Source: Octopus sinensis
Taxonomy: Eukaryota
NCBI RefSeq assembly: GCF_006345805.1
Contig: NC_043003.1
Coordinates: 36,084,001 to 36,148,000 of the forward strand
Length of the DNA: 64,000 nt
Reading direction: 5' to 3'
How positions within the stretch are numbered: position 1 is the stretch's first letter; each line of letters starts with the position of its first letter. This document shows, in pieces, positions 13,432-26,389 of the stretch. The notes under the pieces were generated by a model. It did not search any database and had not been told where the DNA came from. It saw only the letters and a program-made list of their open reading frames with translations. Position numbers and translations under genes: made by a program.

Positions 13432-13990
13432 GAGTGAGAGAGCAGTACATGCCATCAAAGTGGCATTGGGGTAAAATATACGAAGCTCAATATACACATC
13501 ATGATTACCCGTCTAATAAGTGTATACCAGGCACATGCATCGCAACTGTATGTGCGCGACATGGTGATCTCACATCAAGATAAACAGCGCGTGCCCTTGC
13601 AGATAGGGCTCAGTATTCTTTATGTCCAGTAGCTCATCCAACTTAAAGGGTTGTTTAAGGATGTTGAATAAAACACCTGTGTTTCCAAATGTGAATTATT
13701 CAAACTCCAAAGAATTCCTCTCAACACATCGCTATGATGATTCCCTATTACAACACATCGCTATGATGATTCCTTCTGCTCATGATCACAGATGCACATA
13801 TGGTCAGCTACCAAAGGACGTGCCCAACTGGTTAAGGTCAGACAACTGACAAGCAGATCTGTGGTATTGAGCTGAATATTTGCTATAGCTCATCTTTTAT
13901 ACGAAGGCAAAACAGTGTACATTGACAGCACTTCCTATCAGTTAATATCAGAATCCATGAGAACCACTGCTTGGTACTGCATCAGGGCAT
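13432..13990 (-). mobile_element. (TAA)n-tailed non-coding retroelement, copy 2 (longest)
   Basis: Reverse complement of copy 1 with ~100 bp more 5' sequence. (TTA)n/(ATT)n on both sides. Internal 29-bp duplication at 13722/13751. Confidence 0.85.
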
Positions 13991-14033
13991 TATTATTATT
14001 ATTGTTATCATCATCATCATCATCATCATCATC

Positions 14034-14078
<45 letters not shown>

Positions 14079-14079
14079 A

Positions 14080-14148
<69 letters not shown>
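13990..14148 (+). repeat. (ATT)n/(CAT)n microsatellite
   Basis: Directly visible. Confidence 0.97.
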
Positions 14149-14964
14149 CTGCTACTACTGCTGCAGTTGCTAATGCTGCTGCTTCTACTACCTGTACCGC
14201 AATTTAGGGAAAATTACTGACCTCTTTTTCCTCTTTCTGCGTCTCCTCCTCCTCACCATCACCTTAAAATACCAATATTTATAAAATTCCCTTTGTTGTT
14301 TAGAGGATGAATGGTGTCTGTGATGAACTGGTTATTAGCAGTTATGTTTTCGTGTGTTTTTGTAGGAAAATATGGTTTATCCTTCGTCAGAAGCCTGGCT
14401 CAAATGCATGTTCATATGTATGTGTGTATGGATGGATGGATGGATGCATGCATGCATGTTTGTATGCATATGTGCATGTACGTATGTAAGTATGTATGTA
14501 TGTATGTATGTATGTATGTATGTATGTATGTATGTATGTATGTATGTATGTATGTATGTATGTATGTATGTGTGTATGTAAACTTCCGACATACGTGTGT
14601 TTCTGCAATACAGTATGTATGTACTCCATTTTGTCAGAAATTTGTCTTATATAACAAAAGGAAAGCCCTAAACGGTAATAAAATTTCAGCGCCCCAGCAT
14701 GGCCACAGCTCGTGAGCTGAAACTAGAATCAATCAATCAATCAACTTAAAAGACTATTACAATTACTACCTGCTTCGTGTAACCCACCAAAATATACATG
14801 CGTTCTAAACTTTTGGAATTCTGAAGCCTGACCACAATATATATATCTGCACCATGTCCAATATCACGTTCACCTACTTCAAAGAATCGAAGCCGAGATC
14901 CAAATATTGTTCCTCTCACTATTCCGAAACTTTGTGTTCCTAGCCTAGCACAATCCTTCCTAAA

Positions 14965-15349
14965 CTCTCTTTTACTCTTTTACTTGTTTCAGTCATTTGA
15001 CTGCGGTCATGCTGGAGCACCACCTTTAGTCGAGCAAATCGACCCGGGACTTATTCTTTGTAAGCCCAGTACTTTTATATCGGTCTCTTTTGCCGACCGC
15101 TAAGTGACGGGGACGTAAACACACCAGCATCGATTGTCAAGCAATGCAAGAGAGGGACAAACACAGACACACAACATACGCCCATTATACATATATAATA
15201 CATATATATGACGGGCTTTCTTTCAGTTTCCGTCTACCAAATCCACTCACAAGGCATTGGTCGGCCCGAGGTATAGCAGAAGACACTTGCCCAAGATGCC
15301 ACGCAGTGGGACTGAACCCGGAACCATGTGGTTGGTAAGTAAGCTACTT
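14965..15349 (-). mobile_element. Composite tRNA-derived SINE (head B + (TA)n + tail C), copy 1
   Basis: Tail 14965-15172 and head 15209-15349 (GGTTCCGGGTTCAGTCCC B-box-like; GTGGCATCTTGGGCAAGTG) in the same order as copies at 52111 and 55389. Confidence 0.85.
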
Positions 15350-15559
15350 TGTCTTCTTCTCTCTTCTTCTTCTTCTCTCTTCTTCTTCTTTTCTTCTTCT
15401 TTTCTTCTTCTTCTTTTCTTCTTCTCTTTCTTACTTCTTTTTTCTTTTCTCTTCTTCTTCTTCTTCTTCTTCTTTCTCTTCTTTTCTTCTTCCTTTCTTC
15501 TTCTTCTTCTTCCTTTCTTAATCATTATATTATTATATTATTATTATTATTATTATATT

Positions 15560-16005
15560 GAGTGAGAGAGCAGTGCATGCCATCAAAGTGACACGGGGAA
15601 AAATATACGAAGCCCAATATACCCATCATGACTACCCGTCTGATAAGAGTACACCGGCACATGCATCACAACCATATGTGCGCGACATAGTGATTCCATA
15701 TCAAGATAAACAGCAACATGACCTTGCAGGTGGGGCCCCAGTTAGAATTTTCTTCAGGTTTGAGTAGCCCATCCCGCTCAAAAAGGTCCCTGAATAAGGG
15801 TTGTTTAAGGAGTTGAAAGAACCACCCATGTTTCCAGAGGTGAATTATTCAAACCCCAAATAATCCCTCTCAACACATGGCTATGATGCTCCCCCACTAC
15901 TTCTGCTCGTGATCAGAGATGCACATATCGGCAGCCACTAAGGGACATGCTCAAATGGTTAAGGTCAAACAACTGACAAGCAAATCTGTTGTATTGAGCA
16001 GATAT
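15560..16005 (-). mobile_element. (TAA)n-tailed non-coding retroelement, copy 3
   Basis: Same 3' end as copy 2 (GAGTGAGAGAGCAGT on plus). (TTA)n on both sides. Confidence 0.88.
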
Positions 16006-16098
16006 TATTATTATTATTATTATATTATTATTATTGTTATTATATTATTATTATTTTATTATATATTATTATTATATTATATTATTATTATTATTATC

Positions 16099-16132
<34 letters not shown>

Positions 16133-16156
16133 TATTATTATTATTATTATTATATT

Positions 16157-16226
16157 CAGGTCACTGCCTGGAATCGAACTCGGAATCTTGGGGTCAGTAG
16201 CCTACGCTCTTAACCACTACGTCATA
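16157..16226 (-). mobile_element. tRNA-like SINE head followed by (AAT)n
   Basis: Minus strand has A-box-like TAGTGGTTAAG (16219-16209) and B-box GAGTTCGATTCC (16181-16170). No convincing full cloverleaf, so not called a tRNA gene. Confidence 0.75.
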
Positions 16227-16251
16227 TACACAGGTTCGAAATTTCCCCGAA

Positions 16252-16301
16252 GACACCTGATGAAGGCTGGAGGTTATGTATATCAGCCGAAGTGTTGTGT
16301 T
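16252..16301 (+). ncRNA. Degenerate minimal hammerhead ribozyme motif (PLE type)
   Basis: GACAC / CTGATGA (16257-63) / stem II GGCTG..CAGCC / GAAGTGTT (two transitions from GAAACGTT) / GTGTT closing stem I. Confidence 0.6.
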
Positions 16302-18106
16302 AACAACAAACAAGATCAGGACAAATATCAGTGAAATGTAAATAACGTACAGAATTCCTCATCTCTTAAATATAAAATTATGCTTTGATGTTCACAAAAA
16401 AGAAAGGGTAGTTGTAAAGCTTGTTACTTTGCATGTTTCTTTCCAGGAGTTCATTGTTCTCTAAGTAATTTGATTAATATGCAAAAATATAAATCTTTGC
16501 ATTTTATGGGAATAGAGTGTGAGTGATATAAGTTAATAAATATTTCTTCAATTTTTGTTTCAAAAGTGGGTATTTTATAATATATTATTTTAGGCCTATG
16601 GATATAATATATTATTTAAGGCCTATGGATGCTGAAAGTGCAGCATAATAAGAAGTGCGTATGTGATTTGAAGGGAACACACCTAAACATACACACCTGC
16701 ATACAATATCTACATACACGAATGACTTCTAAACAACTGCTTAATACCGAATATAACCAATAAAAGACCCGCCCTGCAGATTAATTGCTAAGAATATATA
16801 GAGCTAAGATTAACTCCAGTACATCGCAGTTCGACTTTCACGTAGCTGCCACATACTTCGAAGTCACTCTCAATAATTTTTTCGTTTCAGATGTATATAC
16901 ATATTTGCATGCATGTATGTGCGTTTGTATGTATGTATGTATGTATGTATGTATGTATGTATGGATGGATGGATGGATGGATGGATGTATGTATGCATGT
17001 ATGTATGAATGCATGCATGTATGCATACATGCATGCATGTATGCATGTGTGTTTGTATGTATGTATGTATGTATGTTTGTATGCATGCGTGTTTGTATTT
17101 CATTATTCAGTTTTATTTCAAAATGTCTTACCAATAGAGAAAGAGCCGGTTTCTAACCTAAATCCAATGCTTCTTCATTGGAATTTTATTAACAACAGGG
17201 TATTTTTGCATGTATGTGGGTATATGTGCAGTATTTGGAGTCAGTGCATGTGCAGATTTGTATGTTTTGTAATATATATATATGTGTATTCTTATGCATA
17301 TAGTTGTGTGTCTAGACATGCTTAAATGATAGTCTTCTGGCAAGTTTTACAAATTCTTACAATTCCATTGACGGTTGTATGTATGTATGTATGCATGCAA
17401 GGTATCGAAGTCTGAATTGCAAATCATACAATAAATATCAGGTTTTCGATTGAGATGAAAATATTACCGCAAAAATACAAATATTCTAAAACGGATATTA
17501 AGCATTTCATTCTACGATTTTTTCACACAACGCCACAAAAAATACGATAAATTTAGCTTAAATCAACATTCCTCTTCTTAGGTTTTAGTTTTATATTTTG
17601 CAGAGAATGTTTATTTAAAACAAATGATTCTGTCATTGAATAAATACAGAAGATTCTTTAAAATTGTGTTGGTCGTAAGGTGAATTGCACCACGTTGTAA
17701 TATATTTTATTAATTCCTTAGTAACAAATTCTACATGTTGATATTTCAGTATTATATGTTGTAGCATTAAAGATAATGTTTGTCCTAATCAAGCATGAAA
17801 ATATAACGGTTTTTTAAAAATTTATACCCATTCAAATAAACAAATATTGCAGTACAGATAAACACACGTAGACATGCACACATGCGCGCGCACTCACTCG
17901 CACATACAGTACTCACGTATATAAAGAGAGAGGGATAGAGAGGGGAGATAAAGAGAGAGAGAAAACATGCATTTAGAGACCTATAAGCGAATAAAAGCCT
18001 CAGTTCAGATACTGAACTTGCTAAAAATAGCAGCCACATCTTCATATCGAGAGAAGGTGAAGCAAATTGGATATTGTGCTCTATGTACATAACGATTGTC
18101 ATCAAA

Positions 18107-18618
18107 GCATGTGGCTATGTGCTAAAAAGCTTGCTACTCAAATAGTTGGTTCCCGGTTCAGTCCCACTGCGTGGCACCTTTGGTAACTGTCTTCTATATA
18201 GCCTCTGGTCACCCAAGGCCTTGTGAGTGGATTTGGTAGATAGAAACAAAAAGAGAAGAGGGTGGCGAGCTGGAAGAAACGTTAGTATTCCGAGCGAAAT
18301 GTTTAGCGGCATTTCGTCTGCCGTTACGTTCTGAGTTCAAATTCTGCCGAGGTCGACTTTACCTTTCATCCTTTCGGGGTGGATAAATTAAGTATCAGTT
18401 ACGCACTGGAGACGATGTAATCAACTTAATCCCTTTGTCTGCTGTTTAGACCCTTGTGGGCAATAAAGAAATAAGAAACAGAAGCCGTCGTATATATTAC
18501 CACATGGTTCCGGGTTCAATCCCACTGCGTGGCACTTTCGGCCGACTATATCCTCGGGCCGACCAATGCTTTGTGAGCTGATTTGGTAGACGGAAACTGA
18601 AAGAAGCCCGTCGTATAC
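18107..18618 (+). mobile_element. SINE cluster: family A (18261-18473) nested in head B, followed by a second truncated head B
   Basis: Head B breaks at GGTAGATAGAAAC (~18250) and resumes GAAGCCGTCGTATA at 18481. Family A has TGGAAGAAACGTTAG and GAGTTCAAATTC boxes. Confidence 0.85.
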
Positions 18619-18872
18619 ACACACACTCATATATATATACGCGAGCGCGCGTTCTTGAACTGATGACGGTTTAGGATTATGCTTTCTAAATTTGTAACAT
18701 CTATAACTTCTAATTTAGGGGTTATCCTCCTCCACAAAACCAAGCTTAGAAGCTACCATTGCTACGTCGAATAGGTACAAATAAAGAAATAATATTCGTA
18801 AACCTTCATCTGTAACCAACGTGAGAAACTTTGAACACAACCCCCGAAAACCCCATTGTACCTTATATGTAC

Positions 18873-18965
<93 letters not shown>

Positions 18966-19604
18966 TGTGTGTGTGTTTGTGTGTGTAAACACAGAACATA
19001 GAAAGAGAGAGATAGACAGACAGACAACCAGATTGATAGATTTTAATATATATTCATTTAAATGGGGGGGGGGGGCATACGTACGTCTGCGTATACGCAT
19101 ATGATTTGTGTGACTAGTATTTGTCTGTATAATATCTATTTAAATATCCTCATCAATGGGTACATTAAAGTGGATAGCTCATAAAACATAACAAGATGTA
19201 TTTCTTTGAAGTGATTTCGAACTTTCCCACTAAATTATTATTATACTGAATTGCAATTTTGGAATCTAATTCATGCAAAGAGTAGAGCACATGGAAACAA
19301 ATATAGTGATATAAATGAAATATAAATACATATATTCATGATCAACAGTGCATAAGGGCAGAAAACACCAAAAAAGGTAGAAATTCATCTAACAGTTAAC
19401 AGAGAATGCTCTGAGTCGACTACGGTATTTTTACACCTTTTTTGCCTAAAGCGAGAATTTTTTCCTCCAAATGAGCTGCAATCAAAATGCCTGAAGGGTT
19501 TCAAATATCTCCGAAAGATATTTCAAACCATTTAGATTTTGTTTGGTTTCCATCACTGCTTCGGGCAACAATTCACTAATTATTAATATGCTTATTTATG
19601 ATGA

Positions 19605-19800
19605 GGACTCTGAGCTGGCAGAATCGTTAGCAGCCTGGGCAAAATTCTTAATGGCATTCCGTCCATCGTTAAGCTCTAAGTTCAAATTCCTTCGAGGTTG
19701 ACTTTGACTTTCTTCCGTTTTAAGTACCATTTGTGCACATGAAGTTCATGTAATCAACTTAGCACATCTCCCTAAATTTCTTGCCTTATTCCAAAATTTG
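19605..19800 (+). mobile_element. SINE family A, degenerate
   Basis: GAGCTGGCAGAATCGTTAG ... AGTTCAAATTCC ... GAGGTTGACTTTG. Confidence 0.75.
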
Positions 19801-20308
19801 AAACGAATGTGTTCATTTGTAACATATACGCTGTGTTTTCCAAAATCGGTTTATTTAGAAAAATGTAACCATTTTCAAAGAATGTACTATCTTCGACAAT
19901 AGATCATACACTCCAACGATATTCAAACTTAAGCTCTGCGACTGGAGTTAAGGAATTAGTGTAGCGTTCGAATGAAGAATGCATAGAATTTGCTGGTGGT
20001 ATATGTGCTAGTATCTATCGTTTGACGTATGCCAAAAAGTATAGTGCTAAAATAGGAGGAATCTATAATCTTGAGAATATGGCTCCAGAGTGTATCAGTG
20101 TATTTGAACCTTCCGTTTAACTTGTGGATAAAACAAACGGGTTCCAATAGAATGAGTGCAGTAAAGATTCAGTTGGTAGAAGTCAGAGAATACATAGACC
20201 AAGGGTATATGGTCTCTTAGCGTGATATATATATATATATATTATATATATAATATATATATTATATATATATATATATATTATATATAATATTATATAT
20301 ATATATAT

Positions 20309-20346
<38 letters not shown>

Positions 20347-20522
20347 GATATACATACATACAACATTATGGCTGCAGTAAGAACTATCAGATGAAGGGGA
20401 GAATATTCCATATGAAGTTTTAAATAGATTTAAATATATCAGAAAGATAAATGGCTTTAAAATTATATTGATTCTCAAAGTTGATATTCAAAACGTCAAC
20501 TTCTATCTAATATATATATTTA

Positions 20523-20565
<43 letters not shown>

Positions 20566-21016
20566 TATATAATTATATATATATATATATATACATATTA
20601 TATATATATATATATAGTAAGATATAGGCTATATTAAATCTCTGAGCGGGGATAAACAGCAGCAGTACGGAATCGTAGCATATAATTGCAAATCAAGTGT
20701 GGCGTTATATACAAAAGAGTGCTACTGACCTATATAGCCCCAGGAAGGCATCTCTTCCAGCTGGCAACTGGCTAACGACACTCATTCTGTGTCCGATTAG
20801 TATTTGCAAGAGGAGGTCATCGCTACCTTACGTAAAACAGACGGACTCGAGTTTCTGGGTGGCTACCCGTCATCGGTGTGAGCTAATCAGCAGCTAGTGA
20901 TGAAAAATCATTCCTCTCGCAAAATCATATATGATTTTTTCAGCAACAAATTGCCGCTGATCTCGAACAAGGAGAAATAAAGTATATTAAATTATATTAT
21001 AATATATATATATTGG

Positions 21017-21074
<58 letters not shown>

Positions 21075-21165
21075 GTGTGTTTTGTGTTATGACAAATTTT
21101 CTGCAAGTATGTATATATGTATGTATAATATATATATAATATATATATATATAATATATATATAT

Positions 21166-21382
21166 AAAGTTAATCCAACAAGAAAGCACCAAAAAAACAC
21201 AACAAGCGAGGACGTGGAACAAATATAGTATATTGGACGCTCAGGAAGAAGGAAAGAAGGAGAGTTTAACGTTTCGAGCGGAGGTCTTCGTCGGAAATAT
21301 AGGAGAAGGAAAGATCCAGAGAAGGGAAGACAGAGGAAAAAAAAAAACCCCGCCAACGGTACACCGATGGTCACATTTTGAA
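21166..21382 (-). mobile_element. Short Penelope-type terminal repeat (P4) in (TA)n
   Basis: ~215-bp island flanked by (TA)n on both sides, containing a hammerhead-like fold at 21262-21299. Confidence 0.55.
21262..21299 (-). ncRNA. Minimal hammerhead-like motif
   Basis: Minus strand TTT-CCGACGA-A-GACC-TCC-GCTC-GAAACGTT-AAA: core has U4>C, one stem II mismatch, AACGTT palindrome. Confidence 0.55.
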
Positions 21383-21404
21383 ATATATAATTATATATAT
21401 TTTG

Positions 21405-21453
<49 letters not shown>

Positions 21454-21842
21454 CACATATGTGTGTGTGTCTGTGCATATCATATATACATATGAGATCC
21501 AAGGATCTCACGTTCTCGTCGAATCTCTATCTTGCATTAACATGTCCTCAATGCGACAATGTAGACTTACAATACATTTAATCAAGATCTGCTTGGCGGG
21601 ATGAGTTGCTTCTGGTATACACCTCGCATGGATATTTACCATTTCTGAGTTTCCGCTCGCTATATACATATGTAGCCCGGATCTATGTATGTATGTATAT
21701 GTATGTATATATATATATATATCTAGATATATATATATATATATATAATTAATCAATATAGGGTGGCAAGAAAATTTTTGTTAGGATGCCCCAGCGGCCC
21801 AGTGGGAAAATTAAATAGTCATAGACCATTTTTAAGTTCAAC

Positions 21843-22070
21843 AATAACAATTAAGGAACGGCCATATAGGCCATTCACCCACTAAAGAATAACAGCCCAA
21901 GCTTCTACGCAAATAAAGATTAATTCCGTAAAAGGAGAAAATAAAAAAATTACAGGGTAAATGTTTTTTAATTTTCTCCTGTTTACGGAATATCTTTATT
22001 GGGCGGTAGAAGCTTTGGCTGTTATTTTAGTGGGTGAATGGCCTATTATGGCCGTTCCTTAATTGTTATT
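21843..22070. repeat. 228-bp near-perfect palindrome (fold-back/MITE-like)
   Basis: Left arm AATAACAATTAAGGAACGGCCATA... matches right arm ...TATGGCCGTTCCTTAATTGTTATT. Arms ~108 bp with a few indels; centre ~21951-21962. Confidence 0.92.
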
Positions 22071-22071
22071 A

Positions 22072-22106
<35 letters not shown>

Positions 22107-22384
22107 ATATATATCTATATATATATAATCTATATCACATTTTCTAAGTAGTTCTTTTTTTATCTTTTATTTTTGCAATTTGAAAACAATGAAACAAGCT
22201 TTCGCTGACAAGTCATCCTTGAATGACGAAATTCATTGAATATATCTGCAAGATGTCGAAACTAGACTTGGTCTTCAATGATGAGGCTTAATATCACAAA
22301 TATTGAACGAATATCTACAGAACGTGTCTACAATGTAGAAATGATATGATTCCGAGAATATTTCGACAATGATTGTTTAAATAC

Positions 22385-22595
22385 TCGAAGATGGTGGGAA
22401 TGCAGAATCGTTAAGGCCCCAGAAACGTTAAGACTTAGCGTATTTCGTCTGAGTTCATGCCCTGGGTTCATTTCCCACCAACTACAACTCTCCCTGTCAT
22501 TAGTTCAGGGTTAGTAAAATAAATAGCAGTTGAGCAAGAGGGTCGATGTAATCGACTAGCCCCCGTCCCTAAAATTTCAAGCCCTGTGCCCATAG
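22385..22595 (+). mobile_element. SINE family A, degenerate
   Basis: GCAGAATCGTTAAG head, CGTATTTCGTCTGAG, GTCGATGTAATCGACT. Confidence 0.65.
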
Positions 22596-23679
22596 CAAAA
22601 AGACTCATTTAAGTGTTAAATCAACAATTCTGCCTGTAAGGCAAATTCTAAGACAGATTCAACAGGACACTGTGTGTAAGATCAATATTTCATTTATAGG
22701 GACAGTCCATGAAACCCACACCCGTAGTGTTTTTATCTGCAAAATTATATTCACAAGCCTTATGTCGATACGAAGTTATGTATTACCCATACACTCAAAA
22801 CGCGGTAGCACGTAGATCGAAACCGGGTCGTCCTGCTGCTAATAACCAAACCCACAATAATCTTAAACATTACACATATCGCACCCATTTTACTCGCTGC
22901 ATTCATAATAAATGTGTATAAATAAATACTGTGTATTACTATGTTATATATATATATATTATAATTATATATATATATTATATATATATATATATACTCA
23001 CACAACAACAACATATATGTGTTTATGTCGAGTAATCAGAAGTTGGTCTTTAATAAGTTTTCAAGATTTGTCATCGTATATTGCGTACGTATGCATACAT
23101 ATATACATAGATGCATGCATATCTACATACATAGATGCATACATGCATAATACATATATAAATGCACACATACATACATACATGCATTCATGCATACTTA
23201 CCTACATAGATGCATACGTACGTACCTATAAATGTAAAATATCTGTTGGCTGTTATAAATGAAATATAGATTTGAAGACTGCGTGGATTGGTTTACCACA
23301 TGCAAAATTCCTTCTTCGTTTATTATCACCTACATCAAAATTCCAAATAACTATCTCGACCAATCAGATTTCTTAAAGTAGGATGGGCTCTTACGTTAAT
23401 AATATTGTTTCAAGAGAACTTTTAACCAATTGTCGCCAACGATTTGCCATTAAATTCTAAAGCGCAGCTGCAAATTTGTTGATATTAAAATTCTTTATAG
23501 GAATGTCGTTAGCAATACATACATGCATCATTAATAATATCAAGTGAAGCAGGTGATGTCTTCATTTTATCTTGCCATTTGTAATGTTCTTGTGAATTCT
23601 CTCTCTCTCTCTCTGTTGCTCTCTGTTTCTCTCTCCCTTTCTCTGTTTTTCCCCTTCTCTTCTATATTACTTCTGCATT

Positions 23680-24340
23680 TCTGATTATGTTTCCAACGAG
23701 ACAACACGAATATCACCGACGTCAACGACAACGACAACGACAACGAAAACGACGCTGCCGACAGCAACATCAGCGATTAACTCAGGTGACTCTAGTGTTG
23801 CCTACACGAATGTGGATGAGGAGAGGTGGAGGAGCTAATAAATTCACGAAGGCGATATTGACAGCAATAACGACGACAACGGCGTTGACGGTGTTGGTGT
23901 TGGAGTTGGCGTTGCTGGTGGTAGTGGTGGTGGTGGTGGTGGTGGGTGGTAGCGGCGGTGATGGCTATAAGAAAGAGGGCGAAGACGAGGATTATTATAC
24001 TTGTGATGAAGAGGATAATATTAATGACGACGACTAACATGATGACGACAATGAATAATGAGGAGGAGCAGGATCTTTATGACGAAGAAAATTATATTGA
24101 ATATGGACGATACCCATGCTATTTCTAATGCTAAAAGTTAAGGAGAAGGATTGTGACAACGGCGATGAGGAGGAGGACAACTACGACGTCAACAAAAAGA
24201 CACGACAACGATGATGATAATGATGACGTGTTATTTATGATTTTGCTCGTTATAATGGTGTTATTTGTGATGCTGATGCTGATGATATTAATGATTATGA
24301 TAATGAGGAAATGAAGAGGAGGAGGAAAATATTGATAATG
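23680..24340 (+). repeat. Cryptic trinucleotide mosaic (GAC/AAC/GGT/GAT/GAG)
   Basis: Directly visible low-complexity mosaic; ORFs here are compositional. Confidence 0.85.
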
Positions 24341-26389
24341 ATAAATACAAACCACTGTTATTTTCATTAAATTACAAGAATACAAAGGGATGCAAGAGTG
24401 GCTACAAATATTTATATTAAATATTTGTTAGGAAAAATAAATAAAAGACATACCACTGAATAAGCTGAAACTATTAGTAGAAAATTTTCAAAATTTGTTT
24501 TTTTTTTAAATATCGAATTAACTTGAAAACTTTGCAAATAAAACCAAAAAAAAACGTATAAAGCAGATAACGAAAGTGAAAGTGAATACGCAATAGTGCG
24601 ACAAATGATTCTTTCTGGGCCTAATTTCAAAATTAACCCGACATATTATTTATATAGGGTTCACCTTAACCATAATTATTGCTTTGCAAGTGGATATGAG
24701 CTGGTAGCATATATCATGCTTTCACAAATTGTTTTAGTAGCTTATGTAGCCGCGTACAGGTAGAAGTACTTTACCGGTTCAATCGTGAAAAATAAAGATA
24801 TTAGTTTTATAAAAAGGTACGTATCAGTATACATAAGACTCAACGTATTCAAACAATATGGATACTGTCAGAGGCTATATTATCCAAAGAATTCTCTTCT
24901 ATTTTGCTGGGTTTACGGGCCATTGTAATTTATCCGAAGAGGATACACATCATTTAACGTTATATGTGAAATCTCCAAAGGACATCGCTAGGGACTTGTT
25001 CATCATTGGTCTCTCAATAGGTTATCAAAATAAACTACATATTACGCAAATCAATGTGCATCGCATTAACAGAGGGGGAACATAGTTTTCCCGAATATAC
25101 AATCTAAAAAGATAATCATAGGTACTAAAAATAGAAGACTTGATGGACTTATGAACGTCGCTTTTTGTTGTGACCACAAACGCCAACCAGCAAGGTACTA
25201 CCCACAAGTTTCAAATTAAGTTCTGATCAAACAAGCCAAAGTAATTGTATTTTCATTGATTTTCAATTGCTGATGTTAACTTTTGGCCTAGCAGAAGTAT
25301 TACTAATTAGCGGGACCTGTGAATATTTCACGGTATTAATGGAAAATCTATTAGGTTATTTCTGAAAATTTTATCCAAAAAATCTTAAATTATAGCCGGT
25401 GTTGTGTCTGTATGGAAAGATACTCGCGCATCTACTACTCATTGCAAAGTGAAAGAAATTGGAATACGAATATTATTTAAGGTACTTTATATATACGTTT
25501 TATATACTTTATGCACAATTTTATAGACTTAATACACAGAATTCATAAAATAAATATTTACTCTTATTTTTCCATGTTTCCCGTAAAAAAAACGACGTAC
25601 ATATGATACAACCTTTAGTTAAATTGCATGTATCTGCCACGTAAATAAATGTGAACATTTTACGTAATTGCACTTATGCGTATGGATGAAATTGATAGGT
25701 GATATAAAAACCTCAGTTCAATTGTTAAAAATTACACATTCCACTATCCACTTACCACCTCCACCTCCACCACCACCACTACCACCATCATCATCATCTC
25801 TCTCTTCCTTCTCTATTCTTTCTCTCTCCCCCTCTCTCTCTCTCTCTCTTTCCTTTCTTTAGTCTCACCGTCAGAACATCACCCCTCTGCTAAAATTATA
25901 TTTCTAACTTGCTTTCTCTTTATCACTAACTTCAACTAACTTTTTTAACCAGGTAATATATATTACGCTCCCCCTATCACACGTCATGGACGCTTCTCTC
26001 TCCCTTTTTCTCTCTCCCTCTTTACTGTTACCCTCTTTTTCTTTGTTTCTTTTCCTCTCTCCTTTTCCCTTCTCCCTCTTGATCTCTCCTTCCCTTCAAT
26101 TAATCAGGGAAATTGTTACAATTACGTTTTCTCTACCTGACGTCATGAACGCTTCTTTCTCCCTTTTTCTTTCTCCCTCTTTTTGCTCTCGCTCTTCGCC
26201 TTTCCCTTAAACTAATCACGTGAAAGCGTTACGGACTAAGAAACGGAATGACATGCAGAATTATTATAAGATTTTTCCGTCGGTAAGAAGCTGGGTTTGG
26301 GTTTTGAACAATGAAGACAAAAGGCATGGAACAAATACCATAAGACATACTGCTCGACAATTCAACAATTCCATCAATCCATCACCCCT

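Noticed and set aside
16157-16226. tRNA gene
   Set aside because: A/B boxes are present but there is no convincing acceptor or anticodon stem, and it runs into (AAT)n; treated as a SINE head.
17604-17679. Plus-strand exon candidate NVYLKQMILSLNKYRRFFKIVLV
   Set aside because: Good acceptor but ambiguous donor, AT-rich and unrecognised; not distinguishable from chance.
25962-26230. 159-bp-period duplication
   Set aside because: Similarity is mostly in pyrimidine low-complexity sequence; minor.
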